Positions 52,501 to 62,935 of a stretch of 64,000 bases of DNA are shown here, piece after piece. Position 1 is the stretch's first letter; the number at the start of each line of letters is the position of its first letter. Below the pieces are notes generated by a model. It was given only the letters and a program-made list of their open reading frames with translations. It made no database searches and was not told the origin of the DNA. The stretch is taken from NCBI GenBank assembly GCA_944332525.1, contig CALVKD010000001.1, positions 49,841 to 113,840 on the forward strand. Direction: 5' to 3'. The position numbers were made by a program, and so were the translations under genes. This DNA comes from an uncultured Bacilli bacterium. Its GTDB lineage: Bacteria; Bacillota_I; Bacilli_A; RFN20; CAG-449.

Positions 52501-53712
52501 TTATAATTCTTCATCGAATTTATAATTTTGTTTTTTACTAACTTTTTTATTATCAACACGGGTTATAGAAGAAGTAATTGTTTCCTCTTCAACAATCGGC
52601 GTCCGCTTTGATTCGTATTTAATTATTCCGAGGACGGAAATCATATTTTTATTACGAGCTCCAATATTTTCCATATCGAAATTTAATACGGTTCTATTAA
52701 GAGCATTAGCTAAGAGCATATAGAAATTATTGAGATTACTCGTTCCACCGATAACGATTAACGGCAAGTTTTCACTACCCTCAAAATCGCTTTCTAAGAG
52801 ATCTCTTACTTTTTCTAAATTTCTCTTAAGCACATCTTTAATAGTTTGAGTTAAATCATCAAATGTAATTTTTCCCTCAATAAACAACGGAAAGGCAGGT
52901 GACTTTTCCATTCCGTAACGGCATTTTAATAATTCAGCTTCGTTATAGGAAAGATTGAATCTCCGACCAATCTCGGACGTAATATCATCTCCACCGAAAA
53001 GAATAGTCTTACTATCGATAACCTGCGCCTTGTTATGAATAAAAGAGACCGTAGTTAATTGATATCCGATATCAAGTAAAATATATGATTCTGGCATCTT
53101 TGCTTTAGTCGATAGATATAAAGCTGCTGCATGGGATGCTGGAACGAGATGCTTCAAAGTTAGACCGCTTTGAGCTATCAAATGCTTAACGGCATTAACA
53201 AGCGGGGTATCAAGAGCATAAATCGCGCCATGTAAGGAAAGTGACTGCGATATCTTCCCAAGCGGTTCTTCATCATAACGCTCTGTCTCATTGATAATGT
53301 AGGTATCTGGTACAATATCAATTATCGTTAAGTCCTTATATAGAGAAGCATTACTCTTTTTCATCGCGGTTAAAATATTCATCGTATCAACGTGTTGGAT
53401 GACATTATTACCATCGACAGTAATCGTCGTTCCCGTATCAACCTTACAAAGCATATTCAGCGATGGCAAGGCAACAGTCACATCAGTAAAATGAATTTTT
53501 AAATGTTCCTCTATTTCCTTAACGACACTTTGAAAAGTTTTTAAAACGAGAGGCTCATCGATAATCATGCCGTTTTTTAAGCCGTGACAATCAGCTTCGA
53601 CTTTATCAAGAACATAAATCTGATTATTGAGGCAAAAACCAGCTAAACACTTAATTGCCCGTGAAGTGAACTCAACTCCAAGATAATAATTGCTATTTTC
53701 CATCTTTATCAA
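52501..53712 (-). CDS. ftsA: cell division protein FtsA
   Basis: Actin-fold ATPase located between ftsQ-like and ftsZ. 403 aa. Confidence 0.85.
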   Translation of the reverse strand: MIKMENSNYYLGVEFTSRAIKCLAGFCLNNQIYVLDKVEADCHGLKNGMIIDEPLVLKTFQSVVKEIEEHLKIHFTDVTVALPSLNMLCKVDTGTTITVDGNNVIQHVDTMNILTAMKKSNASLYKDLTIIDIVPDTYIINETERYDEEPLGKISQSLSLHGAIYALDTPLVNAVKHLIAQSGLTLKHLVPASHAAALYLSTKAKMPESYILLDIGYQLTTVSFIHNKAQVIDSKTILFGGDDITSEIGRRFNLSYNEAELLKCRYGMEKSPAFPLFIEGKITFDDLTQTIKDVLKRNLEKVRDLLESDFEGSENLPLIVIGGTSNLNNFYMLLANALNRTVLNFDMENIGARNKNMISVLGIIKYESKRTPIVEEETITSSITRVDNKKVSKKQNYKFDEEL

Positions 53713-54514
53713 GCCTCCATTCTGAAGTAATTTCCTGGTTATTGTTTACTAAGCGAAAATATAAAGAATAGTATTGGATTTGCTGATCGCCAAAGTTACT
53801 ATGGGACAGTACCATTTTACTTTTATCGATTTCATTATATACATTTAGGACATTATTTTTTCTCAGCTGACCAAGATAATAGCTGAGGGAAAACTCTTCA
53901 TCAAAACTAAATCGCACCCTAATTAAATAATCATTTGAAAACGAATAATAAAAATAAAATTCCCCATCGTACTGCGACAAAGAAATATAGTCAGTATTTT
54001 TTTCTAGGGCATTGAGATTAGCTGAAATAATTAATGATTTTTCATAACTAGACAAATCAGCTGGAACATCACCTAAAAATTCTGGTGCGAGCAAACTTTG
54101 CCGCTGATAGTAGTCGCTTTCAGAAGCGTCAACTACTTCCCCGTCGTATAGATAGCAAGTAGCGTCGTTAACAAAAGAGACGGCTTTTTCTAAAAAACTA
54201 ATTTTAAACATTAACGGATTCAATGTCACATCAATATTAGCTAATTCACTATGGCTCTTTAGTTTTGATTCTATCTCTTTACTGTTTAAGGAAAACACCG
54301 AAGTATTTTCGTCGATATCAAGATAGTTTAGAATTCTTTCTTTATTTAAAGCAATACCTCCATCAATTACTAGCTTTCCAGCTTTTGAGATTGGAGATAC
54401 CAAGTAAAAAAGTAAACAAAGAAACATCGCTATGACAAAAGCGAAGCGAACAAAAAAGTTAACTAGCTCACGACGATTCTTTTTCTTCACTAAAATCTGA
54501 TAAGAATTTTCCAT
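53693..54514 (-). CDS. FtsQ/DivIB-like division protein candidate
   Basis: 273 aa with an N-terminal TM helix and a POTRA-like LVIDGGIALNKERILNYLDI. Position is upstream of ftsA. Confidence 0.45.
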   Translation of the reverse strand: MENSYQILVKKKNRRELVNFFVRFAFVIAMFLCLLFYLVSPISKAGKLVIDGGIALNKERILNYLDIDENTSVFSLNSKEIESKLKSHSELANIDVTLNPLMFKISFLEKAVSFVNDATCYLYDGEVVDASESDYYQRQSLLAPEFLGDVPADLSSYEKSLIISANLNALEKNTDYISLSQYDGEFYFYYSFSNDYLIRVRFSFDEEFSLSYYLGQLRKNNVLNVYNEIDKSKMVLSHSNFGDQQIQYYSLYFRLVNNNQEITSEWRLDKDGK

Positions 54515-54566
54515 ACCCAGTACCTTTTTTTATCTTACCATAATTAAAAGTAAAAAGTTTATCTTT

Positions 54567-56099
54567 TTAAGGTTTAATTTTGAGAATTCTTAATTGAGGA
54601 GTAACACGAGAGTTAAACTCATTTTTTTCTAAATTTCCCAATAGCAGACAAGTATCACAGTTTTCAGGTTTTTTTAGATTAAATCCAATAGCAGAAAACG
54701 TTGGACTACTGACTTTTAAATGTTGATTTTCTTTACCGATTGAATATAATGTCGATGTCTTTACTTTTATCCCAAGTAATGGTTCTGGAAAACCTTGTCC
54801 AAACGGTTTTAATGTTTCAATTATTTGAAGATTTTCTAATGTAATTTCATTTTCTGAAACATCAATATATTCTTCAGCTTTTTCTTCAATGATTTGGTTT
54901 CCCATAAAAAGATTTCCTGTTTCGATGAATTTAGATAAATCTTCTTTTTTTAAGGATAGTCCGCCGGCGCTATGATGTCCGCCACCGGTTAACAAATATG
55001 GTTTTTCTTCGTCGAGAAGTAAAAGGATATTAAAATCATTAGCAGTTCTAATGGAACCTTTAATCACACCATTTTCACTAGAATCGGTCAATACGATTGA
55101 AACTTTATGATATAAATTAGCTAGCTGTCCTGCCAAAAGACCCACAAGCCCTTCTTTCAAATCTTTTTTATAATAAACAATCAAATGTACATCTGTAAAA
55201 TCAGGAAGAAGATTTATTTCTTTTCTTAGGAGATTTTTTCTTTTCTCATTGACCGCTATAATTTCCTCAACAAGTGTTGAATCATCATTCAAAACGAATT
55301 CAACTAATCGAGATATTACAGGCTTTTCCATCATTCTGCCATAGGCATTAAGTTTTGGTATAATATCAAATCCTAAAACTTTTTCATCAATGTATGACTG
55401 ATTAGTTAATTTCCATAAACTATTATTCTTATTGGAATTTAAAATTTTTATACCCAATCTTACTAATATGCGGTTATAAGATTTTAATTCCATCATATCT
55501 GAAATTGTGGCCGTCATCGCCAGAATTAAATTTTTTTCATTGATTCCATCAAGAAGCAATCTCGATACCATAAAAGCAACATAAGAAGCACAATTAAGAA
55601 CATTTTTTTCTTTTTTTAGATAAGGATGAACAAGAATTGCCCGTTGATCAGGATTCTTTTCAAAGTCATGGTGATCAATTATTAAAACTTTAATTCCTTT
55701 ATCTAAAAGAAAACTTACCGCTTCATGTTGATGTACTCCGTTATCGACTAAAATAACCAAATTGTATCCTTTATCAGCGATTTGCTGAGCCCGTGAAAGA
55801 TTAATTCCATATCCGTCTACATAACGCGAAGGTAGATAATATCCTCTTTGTCCTCCTAATAAAGTTAAAGTATTGACCATTATAGATGTTGAGCAAATTC
55901 CATCTACATCATAATCTCCGTAAACCATGATTTTTTCATCGTTTGATAGCGATTTTTTTATTAGTGTAACCGCCTCTTGGATATTCAAAAAGTTATTAGG
56001 GTTTTCTAAATCTACTAGATTGAAATCACGGGTTATTTCATTATAGTCTTGCGGTGAAAGATGGTAATAATTTAAAAGTTTTTCCAAAAAAGAATTCAT
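54567..56099 (-). CDS. recJ: DHH/DHHA1 phosphoesterase, RecJ-like single-stranded DNA exonuclease
   Basis: DYDVDG and IIDHHD (DHH) motifs plus the GGGHHSAGG DHHA1 motif. 510 aa. Confidence 0.7.
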   Translation of the reverse strand: MNSFLEKLLNYYHLSPQDYNEITRDFNLVDLENPNNFLNIQEAVTLIKKSLSNDEKIMVYGDYDVDGICSTSIMVNTLTLLGGQRGYYLPSRYVDGYGINLSRAQQIADKGYNLVILVDNGVHQHEAVSFLLDKGIKVLIIDHHDFEKNPDQRAILVHPYLKKEKNVLNCASYVAFMVSRLLLDGINEKNLILAMTATISDMMELKSYNRILVRLGIKILNSNKNNSLWKLTNQSYIDEKVLGFDIIPKLNAYGRMMEKPVISRLVEFVLNDDSTLVEEIIAVNEKRKNLLRKEINLLPDFTDVHLIVYYKKDLKEGLVGLLAGQLANLYHKVSIVLTDSSENGVIKGSIRTANDFNILLLLDEEKPYLLTGGGHHSAGGLSLKKEDLSKFIETGNLFMGNQIIEEKAEEYIDVSENEITLENLQIIETLKPFGQGFPEPLLGIKVKTSTLYSIGKENQHLKVSSPTFSAIGFNLKKPENCDTCLLLGNLEKNEFNSRVTPQLRILKIKP

Positions 56100-56140
56100 C
56101 GTTTTTCCTCAAAAAAAGGTCGCAATAGCGACCTTAATTA

Positions 56141-58762
56141 TTAATCATTAATACCTGGAATAATAATTTCCTCAGGTTCTGCACCTTTGTTGCGGTTTTG
56201 CTTTGCTAATTTTTCTCTCTTAGCCATTAATTTTTTAGCTCTTCTTTCTTTGAGTTTTGTATTTTTGAACTTCTTTTCGAAAACAGAAGCTAAAGGTGTA
56301 ACCATAAAGACGGCGAATACTCCATTAATGAACATAGTAATTGCAAAGACAATATAGATATTCATCATTCCAATTGGTGATAATGGAATTAAAACAAGAG
56401 GCAAAACAGTGAAGCAAACAAACGATAGACCCATTTGCGTAACATTGCGCTTATAAGCTTTTTCCAGTAATTCCACTCTCTGATCGCTTGTTGTAATTTT
56501 AACCTTTGACTCATTTTTAAGTTGATTTAATGAAGTTCCAAGCGGAATCATAAACAATAACGAGAGAAGCATTCCGCCGAGAACAGCAATTCCGAGATAA
56601 GCAGATGTCTCAAACCGAGCTAATGACAATATTGCAATAGCAATAAATGTTGATCCTGCGACAGAGATAAGCGATGCAAGAGCCATCGTGTAGCGATATC
56701 TAATTAAGAAATAGACAAACACAATACCCAATGATACACCCATTAAAACGAATGTATTATAGAAATCGCTTGTAACGATACCAGGAGTTACAGTATATGA
56801 ATTAATCATTGGTCCTTCATAACCTTCCATAGCATCAAAAGTTCTAACAAAGTTATCTAGTGCGATATATGTTTCACTATCAAGTGATAGAGGAGACGAT
56901 AAATCAGCGTAGAAATATAAATATGTATCCCCTTCTTGGCCAAAAGGATTTTCCATATTTGTGACAACCCAAGAATTAGTTACTTCAACTTCACCAAATG
57001 AATTAATATACGCGACAAAGTTATCTAACTGAGTACCTTCTACCGGTGTAAAGTTCTCCGGAATTTTCTCTTCGAAAAGCGTCTCAATACTTGTTCTAAC
57101 TTCAATTCTGCCAAATGGTTCAAAGGAATTATAATTAAATGCACCAGCGGTAAATCCTAATGTAATTAATGAGACAGCAGATAAAGCGACTAAGCCAAGA
57201 TATACGCCTAAAGTAGCTTTAAATCCTTTTTTGACATTTAATTTTTGAATTGAATTTTCTGGGACTAAGTTTACTCCATCCCCAGAATCATTAATATATT
57301 TATCATTAATGCGATATAATTTGTGTTTATTTTCTAATTTGCTATTAAAGAGGAAATGATTGAGAATACGTGAAACTAAGAAAACTAAGATAACGCTAAG
57401 TAATGATGAGAAGACAAAGAATAACGAGAAGTTTTGAATACTTTGGCGAGATATTAAACTAAGGACAATACCTAAGACAAAGAAAATGACGGTTGTATCA
57501 ACAGCGGTAGAAATAGTTTTTCTAAATCCTTCTGCCGAAGCTTTACTAATTGCTCTGCCAAGATAAACTTCTTCTTTGATTCTGCGGTAATAAACACATA
57601 GCATATTAATCGCAAAACCAAATGTCACAACTATGGAAATTATGGTTATAGGATTAACTATGAAGTTAAATAAATTAAGAATGAACATATCAGCAAGAGC
57701 TGTCAAAGCAACTCCGATAGCACCAGAGATTGCCATGAATCCATAGGAAATAAGTAGGAAAAGACAAACTAGAACAGTACTAACGATAAAAGTAACATTC
57801 ATCCACATAACCGCATCGCCACCATATTCAGGAGTATAACTACGGCGGTATACTTCAGTAATCTCATAATCGCTTAAACTCTTTTGATTAAACATTCTCT
57901 CAAATGAGTGAGCGGATTCAGCATTCATTAAAATTGTCGATTCGGTATTTGCTGCGTATCCATAAGCTGCAAATGTCAAATAGTAACGCGCATCTTCGCC
58001 TTCACCTTCAACGGTAAATATTGAATTATCAATGCCTTCGCTTTCACCAGTTGTTGTTTTCCAAACGCGGTGGGAATCAAAAGCTGCTGAAGTTGAAGTA
58101 TCATCACTTGTGGATTCAGATAAATCGATAACCGCCAAGACTTTGCTTTGGAGTTGTTCGCCTGTCATACCAAATGTTTCAGAAACATAGTTAGTATCAG
58201 CTAAATCTGTATAATCTAAATCATCGGTTTTTCCTTGCCATAAGACTAATAAAGAATTGCCTACTTCATCTTTAGCATTATTTATAACACCTTGCACTTC
58301 AGAAGTAACTTCAAGACGAATATATGCTTGGTTTTGATAATTGTATAAAACTTCAGCAGATCCAGGAACAATTGGATCGCTATCAGTTCCATCAGTGCCA
58401 TCAGTGGTATAGAAAGAAAAATTTCCAGATGACCCGACACTTCTTAAAATATTGTCAACGCTATTAGAGTTACGTGAGCCTAATACGATTTTAATTTCGT
58501 AATTATTTTCTCCATCAGATGCCTTTTGAATACTATAATTCGTAGCACCTGAAGCTTCAAGACGATCACCCATAACGCTAACGACATTATCGATATCGAT
58601 TGTTGTCTCTTCATTACCAGCTCCGGAAATTTTATATAAAACTTCTGTACCATTAGCAAATTCTTGGGAATATGAGAGGTTTTCATTAATTCCTTGAACA
58701 TTAAATAGCACCAATCCGAGCATGGAGATTGTCAAGACGATAAATGCAATTAATCGACGCAT
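56141..58762 (-). CDS. secDF: protein-export membrane protein SecDF (fused)
   Basis: 873 aa. An N-terminal TM helix and a large extracytoplasmic domain, then two clusters of about 6 TM helices typical of a SecD-SecF fusion. Confidence 0.75.
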   Translation of the reverse strand: MRRLIAFIVLTISMLGLVLFNVQGINENLSYSQEFANGTEVLYKISGAGNEETTIDIDNVVSVMGDRLEASGATNYSIQKASDGENNYEIKIVLGSRNSNSVDNILRSVGSSGNFSFYTTDGTDGTDSDPIVPGSAEVLYNYQNQAYIRLEVTSEVQGVINNAKDEVGNSLLVLWQGKTDDLDYTDLADTNYVSETFGMTGEQLQSKVLAVIDLSESTSDDTSTSAAFDSHRVWKTTTGESEGIDNSIFTVEGEGEDARYYLTFAAYGYAANTESTILMNAESAHSFERMFNQKSLSDYEITEVYRRSYTPEYGGDAVMWMNVTFIVSTVLVCLFLLISYGFMAISGAIGVALTALADMFILNLFNFIVNPITIISIVVTFGFAINMLCVYYRRIKEEVYLGRAISKASAEGFRKTISTAVDTTVIFFVLGIVLSLISRQSIQNFSLFFVFSSLLSVILVFLVSRILNHFLFNSKLENKHKLYRINDKYINDSGDGVNLVPENSIQKLNVKKGFKATLGVYLGLVALSAVSLITLGFTAGAFNYNSFEPFGRIEVRTSIETLFEEKIPENFTPVEGTQLDNFVAYINSFGEVEVTNSWVVTNMENPFGQEGDTYLYFYADLSSPLSLDSETYIALDNFVRTFDAMEGYEGPMINSYTVTPGIVTSDFYNTFVLMGVSLGIVFVYFLIRYRYTMALASLISVAGSTFIAIAILSLARFETSAYLGIAVLGGMLLSLLFMIPLGTSLNQLKNESKVKITTSDQRVELLEKAYKRNVTQMGLSFVCFTVLPLVLIPLSPIGMMNIYIVFAITMFINGVFAVFMVTPLASVFEKKFKNTKLKERRAKKLMAKREKLAKQNRNKGAEPEEIIIPGIND

Positions 58763-58892
58763 ATATTTCCTCCTAAAAGTTCATAATCAAGAACAATTCC
58801 TTTTATATATTAATAATATATAAACAATTGCCTTTTTAATATACAACTAATATTATCTATTTTCAACAATAAGAGCGACTTTTCTAAGCCAT

Positions 58893-59900
58893 TTACCTTA
58901 ACAGAGAAGCGAATGTATTTATTTTTAAATGCTGATAGGCTTTTTCTGTAGCCACTCTGCCGCGCGGAGTCTTATTAATCAATCCGAGTTTCAATAAATA
59001 TGGTTCATAGACCTCTTCAAGATTTCTAACTTCCTCACCAATTGTTGAAGCAAGAGTCTCTAGACCTACTGGTCCTCCGTTAAACCGCTTAATGAGTGCC
59101 TCTAGATAGTGAAGATCAATTTCATCAAGTCCTAATTCATCAATTTTTAGGCGTTTTAAAGCATCTAAAGCAACATTCTCATCGATGTATGTTTGATCAT
59201 TAAATGTCGCAAAATCGCGAACGCGGCGATAGATTCTATTTGCTATACGCGGAGTTCCCCTGCTGCGTTTAGCAATTTCCTCTGCTCCTTCTTGTGAAAT
59301 CGGCATAGAAAAAACGCGGCTCGTCCTTTTGATGATTTTCATTAACTCTTCCAAAGAATAATAATCTAATCTATGCGTTATACCGAAACGATCGCGTAAT
59401 GGTGAGGTTAAATCGCCAGGCTTAGTTGTCGCACCGACAAGCGTGAACGGCTTAAGCTGTATTGTGATATTCCTAGCATCCTCATCACGGCCTAAAAGAA
59501 AGGTTAATTTATAATCTTCCATCGCCTCATAAAGTATCTCTTCAACTATGCGCGGCAAACGGTGAATTTCATCGATAAATAAGACATCGCCTTCACCGAG
59601 ATTTGATAAAATCATTGCCAAATCCGCAGGCTTTTCGATTGATGGGCCATTTACTAAGCGAATATTGCTGTTCATTTCATGAGCTATAACATATGCTAAC
59701 GTCGTCTTACCCAATCCAGGAGGTCCGTAGAGCAAAATGTGATCAAGAGGCTCATCGCGGTTAATCGCCGCCTTGATGAAAACGCGGAGGTTTTCTTTAA
59801 AATCCTCCTGTCCAACATATTCATCTAAAGTCAATGGTCTTAAGGTGAGATCGACTTCCTCTTCTTTATTTTCCAAAACTGGATCTAATAATCTGTCCAT
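58893..59900 (-). CDS. ruvB: Holliday junction helicase RuvB
   Basis: GPPGLGKTTLA Walker A and DEIHRL. 335 aa. Confidence 0.95.
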   Translation of the reverse strand: MDRLLDPVLENKEEEVDLTLRPLTLDEYVGQEDFKENLRVFIKAAINRDEPLDHILLYGPPGLGKTTLAYVIAHEMNSNIRLVNGPSIEKPADLAMILSNLGEGDVLFIDEIHRLPRIVEEILYEAMEDYKLTFLLGRDEDARNITIQLKPFTLVGATTKPGDLTSPLRDRFGITHRLDYYSLEELMKIIKRTSRVFSMPISQEGAEEIAKRSRGTPRIANRIYRRVRDFATFNDQTYIDENVALDALKRLKIDELGLDEIDLHYLEALIKRFNGGPVGLETLASTIGEEVRNLEEVYEPYLLKLGLINKTPRGRVATEKAYQHLKINTFASLLR

Positions 59901-60487
59901 TATTTACCTGCCTTTTTTAAAACCTCAGAAACAATTTCCGATGCTGACAAAGTTTCGGGTATTTTTAAGAGATAATTATCGATATCGCTTTTTTTGAATC
60001 CAAGTGAAAGTAAGACTTTTTTTGCATCTTCTTGGTTTTGATTAAGAGATAAAGATAAATTATTTTGATTTAAAGCGATATTAGTCAATGTAGAAGATCT
60101 TAGCGAACCTTTCAAATCAAGAATAATCTGTCCGGCTGCTTTTGCACCAATCGACGGAAGTTTTTTTAAAGCTTTAATATTATCTGTTTCAACCCAAGTT
60201 AAAAATTCATCAACAGAAACATTATGAAGAGCACTTATAGCTGTTTTCGGTCCAATTCCTTTAACAGTAATTAATTTATTAAAAAGATTTTTCTCTTCTT
60301 TGGTTCGAAAACCCACTAATAATTCATCATCGTCTTTAACAATATGTTGAGTGTAAACAAGCATTTCCTCGCCGACAACAAAATCATGCGGATTGATAAT
60401 TGATATTTCAAAGCCGATTCCTCCAACATCAATAACCGCCATTTCATCAGTAACGAGGCTAACCCTTCCGCGTAAATAATAATACAT
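59900..60487 (-). CDS. ruvA: Holliday junction DNA-binding protein RuvA
   Basis: MYYYLRGRV...GIGPKTA HhH motifs. 195 aa, overlapping ruvB. Confidence 0.9.
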   Translation of the reverse strand: MYYYLRGRVSLVTDEMAVIDVGGIGFEISIINPHDFVVGEEMLVYTQHIVKDDDELLVGFRTKEEKNLFNKLITVKGIGPKTAISALHNVSVDEFLTWVETDNIKALKKLPSIGAKAAGQIILDLKGSLRSSTLTNIALNQNNLSLSLNQNQEDAKKVLLSLGFKKSDIDNYLLKIPETLSASEIVSEVLKKAGK

Positions 60488-60551
60488 ATCTTACCTCTAT
60501 AAAAAAGCGTACCCGCTTTCTTTATTTTAAACTTTTTCGGTACGCTTTGCA

Positions 60552-61829
60552 TTAGGAATAATATTCAAATTCAAAGTCACAGAGGGTGACGGTATCACCA
60601 TCCTGTGCTCCCATTTTAGCTAAGGCCTCATCAACGTCAAGCTTTCTAAGGGTAAAAATTAATCTTTCAATTCCCTCATCAGTTGATAAATTGATTAAAG
60701 AATAAGTACGTTCAATTCTTTCACCTTGAATTTTAAAGCGATGTGCTCCAGTCCTAACGATTTCAAATTCTTTCTTCGCCTCTTCAAGAGCATCGTAAAC
60801 TTTAACTTTTTCTCCCTTATCTTCGTAGATTGGGAAATAATCAGTTTTCTTAACTAGATCAGCGAGATAATATAATAATTCTTTAATATTTTCATGAAGC
60901 AACGAAGAAATTAAAAATACTTTATAATTTTTTCCTTCTAAAACTTTAGCTATTTTTTCCGCTTTTTGCCGCGTTTCTTCATCTTCAACTTTATTGATAG
61001 CTACAACCATTGGCCTTTCAAGCAGATGATAACCATATGTGTCGAGTTCATGGTTGATATCCTCAAAATCCTTTAACGGATCTTCTCTTTCAATATCGAG
61101 AATATGAAGTAAAACTTTACAGCGTTCAACATGTCTAAGGAAAGTTAATCCTAAACCTTTTCCTTCGGATGCACCTTTAATCAATCCTGGCAAATCAGCG
61201 ATGACAAAATGATTATCTTCGTCTAGTTCAACCATTCCTAAAACTGGAACAATAGTTGTAAATGGATAATCGCCTATCTCTGGTCGAGCGGAAGATACAA
61301 CATTGACGAAAGTAGATTTACCTACGCTTGGAAATCCGACAAGTCCAACATCTGCAATTAATTTTAACTCTAAAGTCAAAACTTTTTCTTCGCCAGGAAG
61401 ACCATTTTCGGCAATTCTTGGAGCCCGGTTGCGCGATGAAGCAAAACAAGCATTACCGCGTCCACCACGTCCGCCTTTACAAATCATAAAAGTTTGATTT
61501 TCTTCTTTCATATCAACTATGAAATTATGTCCAGGCTCTTGATAAACAACTGTTCCGATTGGTACCTCGAGATAAATGTCTTTACCTTTAGCACCATACA
61601 TTTTTTTCGCCATGCCATCTTCACCATCGCTAGCGACGACTTTTCGAGCATGCCGATAATTAATTAATGTTGAAGTATGATTTGTCGCAACAAAATAAAT
61701 AGATCCACCGCGGCCACCATTTCCGCCGGAGGGTCCACCCCGCTCAACAAATTTTTCATGATGAAAAGCGATGGCACCGTCTCCGCCTTTTCCTGATTTG
61801 ACAGTTAATTTTGCCCGATCGATAAACAT
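60552..61829 (-). CDS. obg: GTPase Obg
   Basis: MFIDRAKLTVKSGKGGDG Obg fold with a GFPSVGKST G domain. Start set at the conserved MFID rather than the upstream in-frame M. Confidence 0.95.
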   Translation of the reverse strand: MFIDRAKLTVKSGKGGDGAIAFHHEKFVERGGPSGGNGGRGGSIYFVATNHTSTLINYRHARKVVASDGEDGMAKKMYGAKGKDIYLEVPIGTVVYQEPGHNFIVDMKEENQTFMICKGGRGGRGNACFASSRNRAPRIAENGLPGEEKVLTLELKLIADVGLVGFPSVGKSTFVNVVSSARPEIGDYPFTTIVPVLGMVELDEDNHFVIADLPGLIKGASEGKGLGLTFLRHVERCKVLLHILDIEREDPLKDFEDINHELDTYGYHLLERPMVVAINKVEDEETRQKAEKIAKVLEGKNYKVFLISSLLHENIKELLYYLADLVKKTDYFPIYEDKGEKVKVYDALEEAKKEFEIVRTGAHRFKIQGERIERTYSLINLSTDEGIERLIFTLRKLDVDEALAKMGAQDGDTVTLCDFEFEYYS

Positions 61830-61876
61830 TACTTTTCCTCCTTTAAAAAAGACCACCATTTTCTGGTGGTCAGTTA

Positions 61877-62164
61877 TTACATTTCTACTGGATAAACAGA
61901 AGCTTGTTTTCTCTTTTTGCCAACTCTTTCGAATTTGACAATTCCATCAACTGTAGCGAAGATTGTGTCATCCCCACCGCGCATGCAATTTACACCTGGA
62001 TAAATTTTTGTGCCGCGTTGACGATAAATGATTGAACCAGCAGTAGCGAATTCACCATCAGATTTTTTTGCGCCTAATCTCTTTGATTCTGAATCACGGC
62101 CGTTCTTAGTAGAACTGACACCTTTCTTCGAAGCAAATAATTGAATATTTAATAAAAACTTCAT
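61877..62164 (-). CDS. rpmA: 50S ribosomal protein L27 with an N-terminal propeptide ([15 protein letters not shown])
   Basis: Conserved FASKKG cleavage context and L27 core. GAGGTG SD before the ATG at 62164. Confidence 0.9.
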   Translation of the reverse strand: MKFLLNIQLFASKKGVSSTKNGRDSESKRLGAKKSDGEFATAGSIIYRQRGTKIYPGVNCMRGGDDTIFATVDGIVKFERVGKKRKQASVYPVEM

Positions 62165-62181
62165 TTTTTGCACCTCTTTCA

Positions 62182-62469
62182 TTACTTGATCTTGATATAT
62201 TGAGGATAAGCTTCTTCCAAGGTTTGTAACTGAATAACCATCGTTCGCAACGTTTCATTATTCTTGTTATTAACCTCAACATAAGCATCACCCTCAGCGA
62301 GACGAATCTCTTTAATCTCATCATCTCGTAAGGCATTAAAGCCTCCTGTAACGATTGCCGAAGCTGCAGCGCAGACAAGATCTCTCCCGCACTCAGCATA
62401 ATCAGCATGTCCGGAAATCTTCAATCCGACGATTTCCTGATCTTTTTTGATTAAAGTAACTTTAATCAT
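62182..62469 (-). CDS. prp: ribosomal-processing cysteine protease Prp (DUF464)
   Basis: 95 aa with catalytic-region [19 protein letters not shown]. Lies between rplU and rpmA as in Firmicutes. Confidence 0.8.
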   Translation of the reverse strand: MIKVTLIKKDQEIVGLKISGHADYAECGRDLVCAAASAIVTGGFNALRDDEIKEIRLAEGDAYVEVNNKNNETLRTMVIQLQTLEEAYPQYIKIK

Positions 62470-62475
62470 CGATAA

Positions 62476-62784
62476 TTAAGCATTGATGGCTTTAATCGTT
62501 AACCGAGTATATGGTTGACGATGGCCGCTTAACCGACGGTAATTAGCTTTGCTCTTGTATTTGAAGACAAGAACTTTCTTTTCTTTTCCTTGCTTGTCGA
62601 TAGAAGCAGTAACAGTAGCATCTTTAACATATGGTGCACCGACTTTTAACTTATCGCCGCTAACTAAGAGAACCTTATCAAAAGTAACTTCTGAATTGAC
62701 TTCTCCTTCGATTTTTTCAACGTAGATAGTTTGACCTACTTCGACCTTGACTTGCTTTCCGCCAGTCTCAATAATTGCGTACAT
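62476..62784 (-). CDS. rplU: 50S ribosomal protein L21
   Basis: [15 protein letters not shown]-terminus. Start set at MYAII rather than the upstream in-frame M. Confidence 0.9.
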   Translation of the reverse strand: MYAIIETGGKQVKVEVGQTIYVEKIEGEVNSEVTFDKVLLVSGDKLKVGAPYVKDATVTASIDKQGKEKKVLVFKYKSKANYRRLSGHRQPYTRLTIKAINA

Positions 62785-62811
62785 TTTCGCACCTCCTAAT
62801 AATATAGTCAT

Positions 62812-62935
62812 GACTCGCTCTTAAGGTAGATTTTCATCTTTAAAAGACCTCTTCAAGGCGGTTGGGCCCCTATATTAGGCTACAACATAGTTAAAATATC
62901 ATTTTTCTTCAATTTTAGCAATGAAAATTTAACAA
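62812..62935 (-). ncRNA. possible L21-leader (ribosomal protein autoregulatory leader) upstream of rplU
   Basis: 124-nt untranslated region upstream of rplU-prp-rpmA with GC-rich paired segments (GGCGGTTGGGCCCC). Assigned by position and family knowledge only. Confidence 0.25.
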
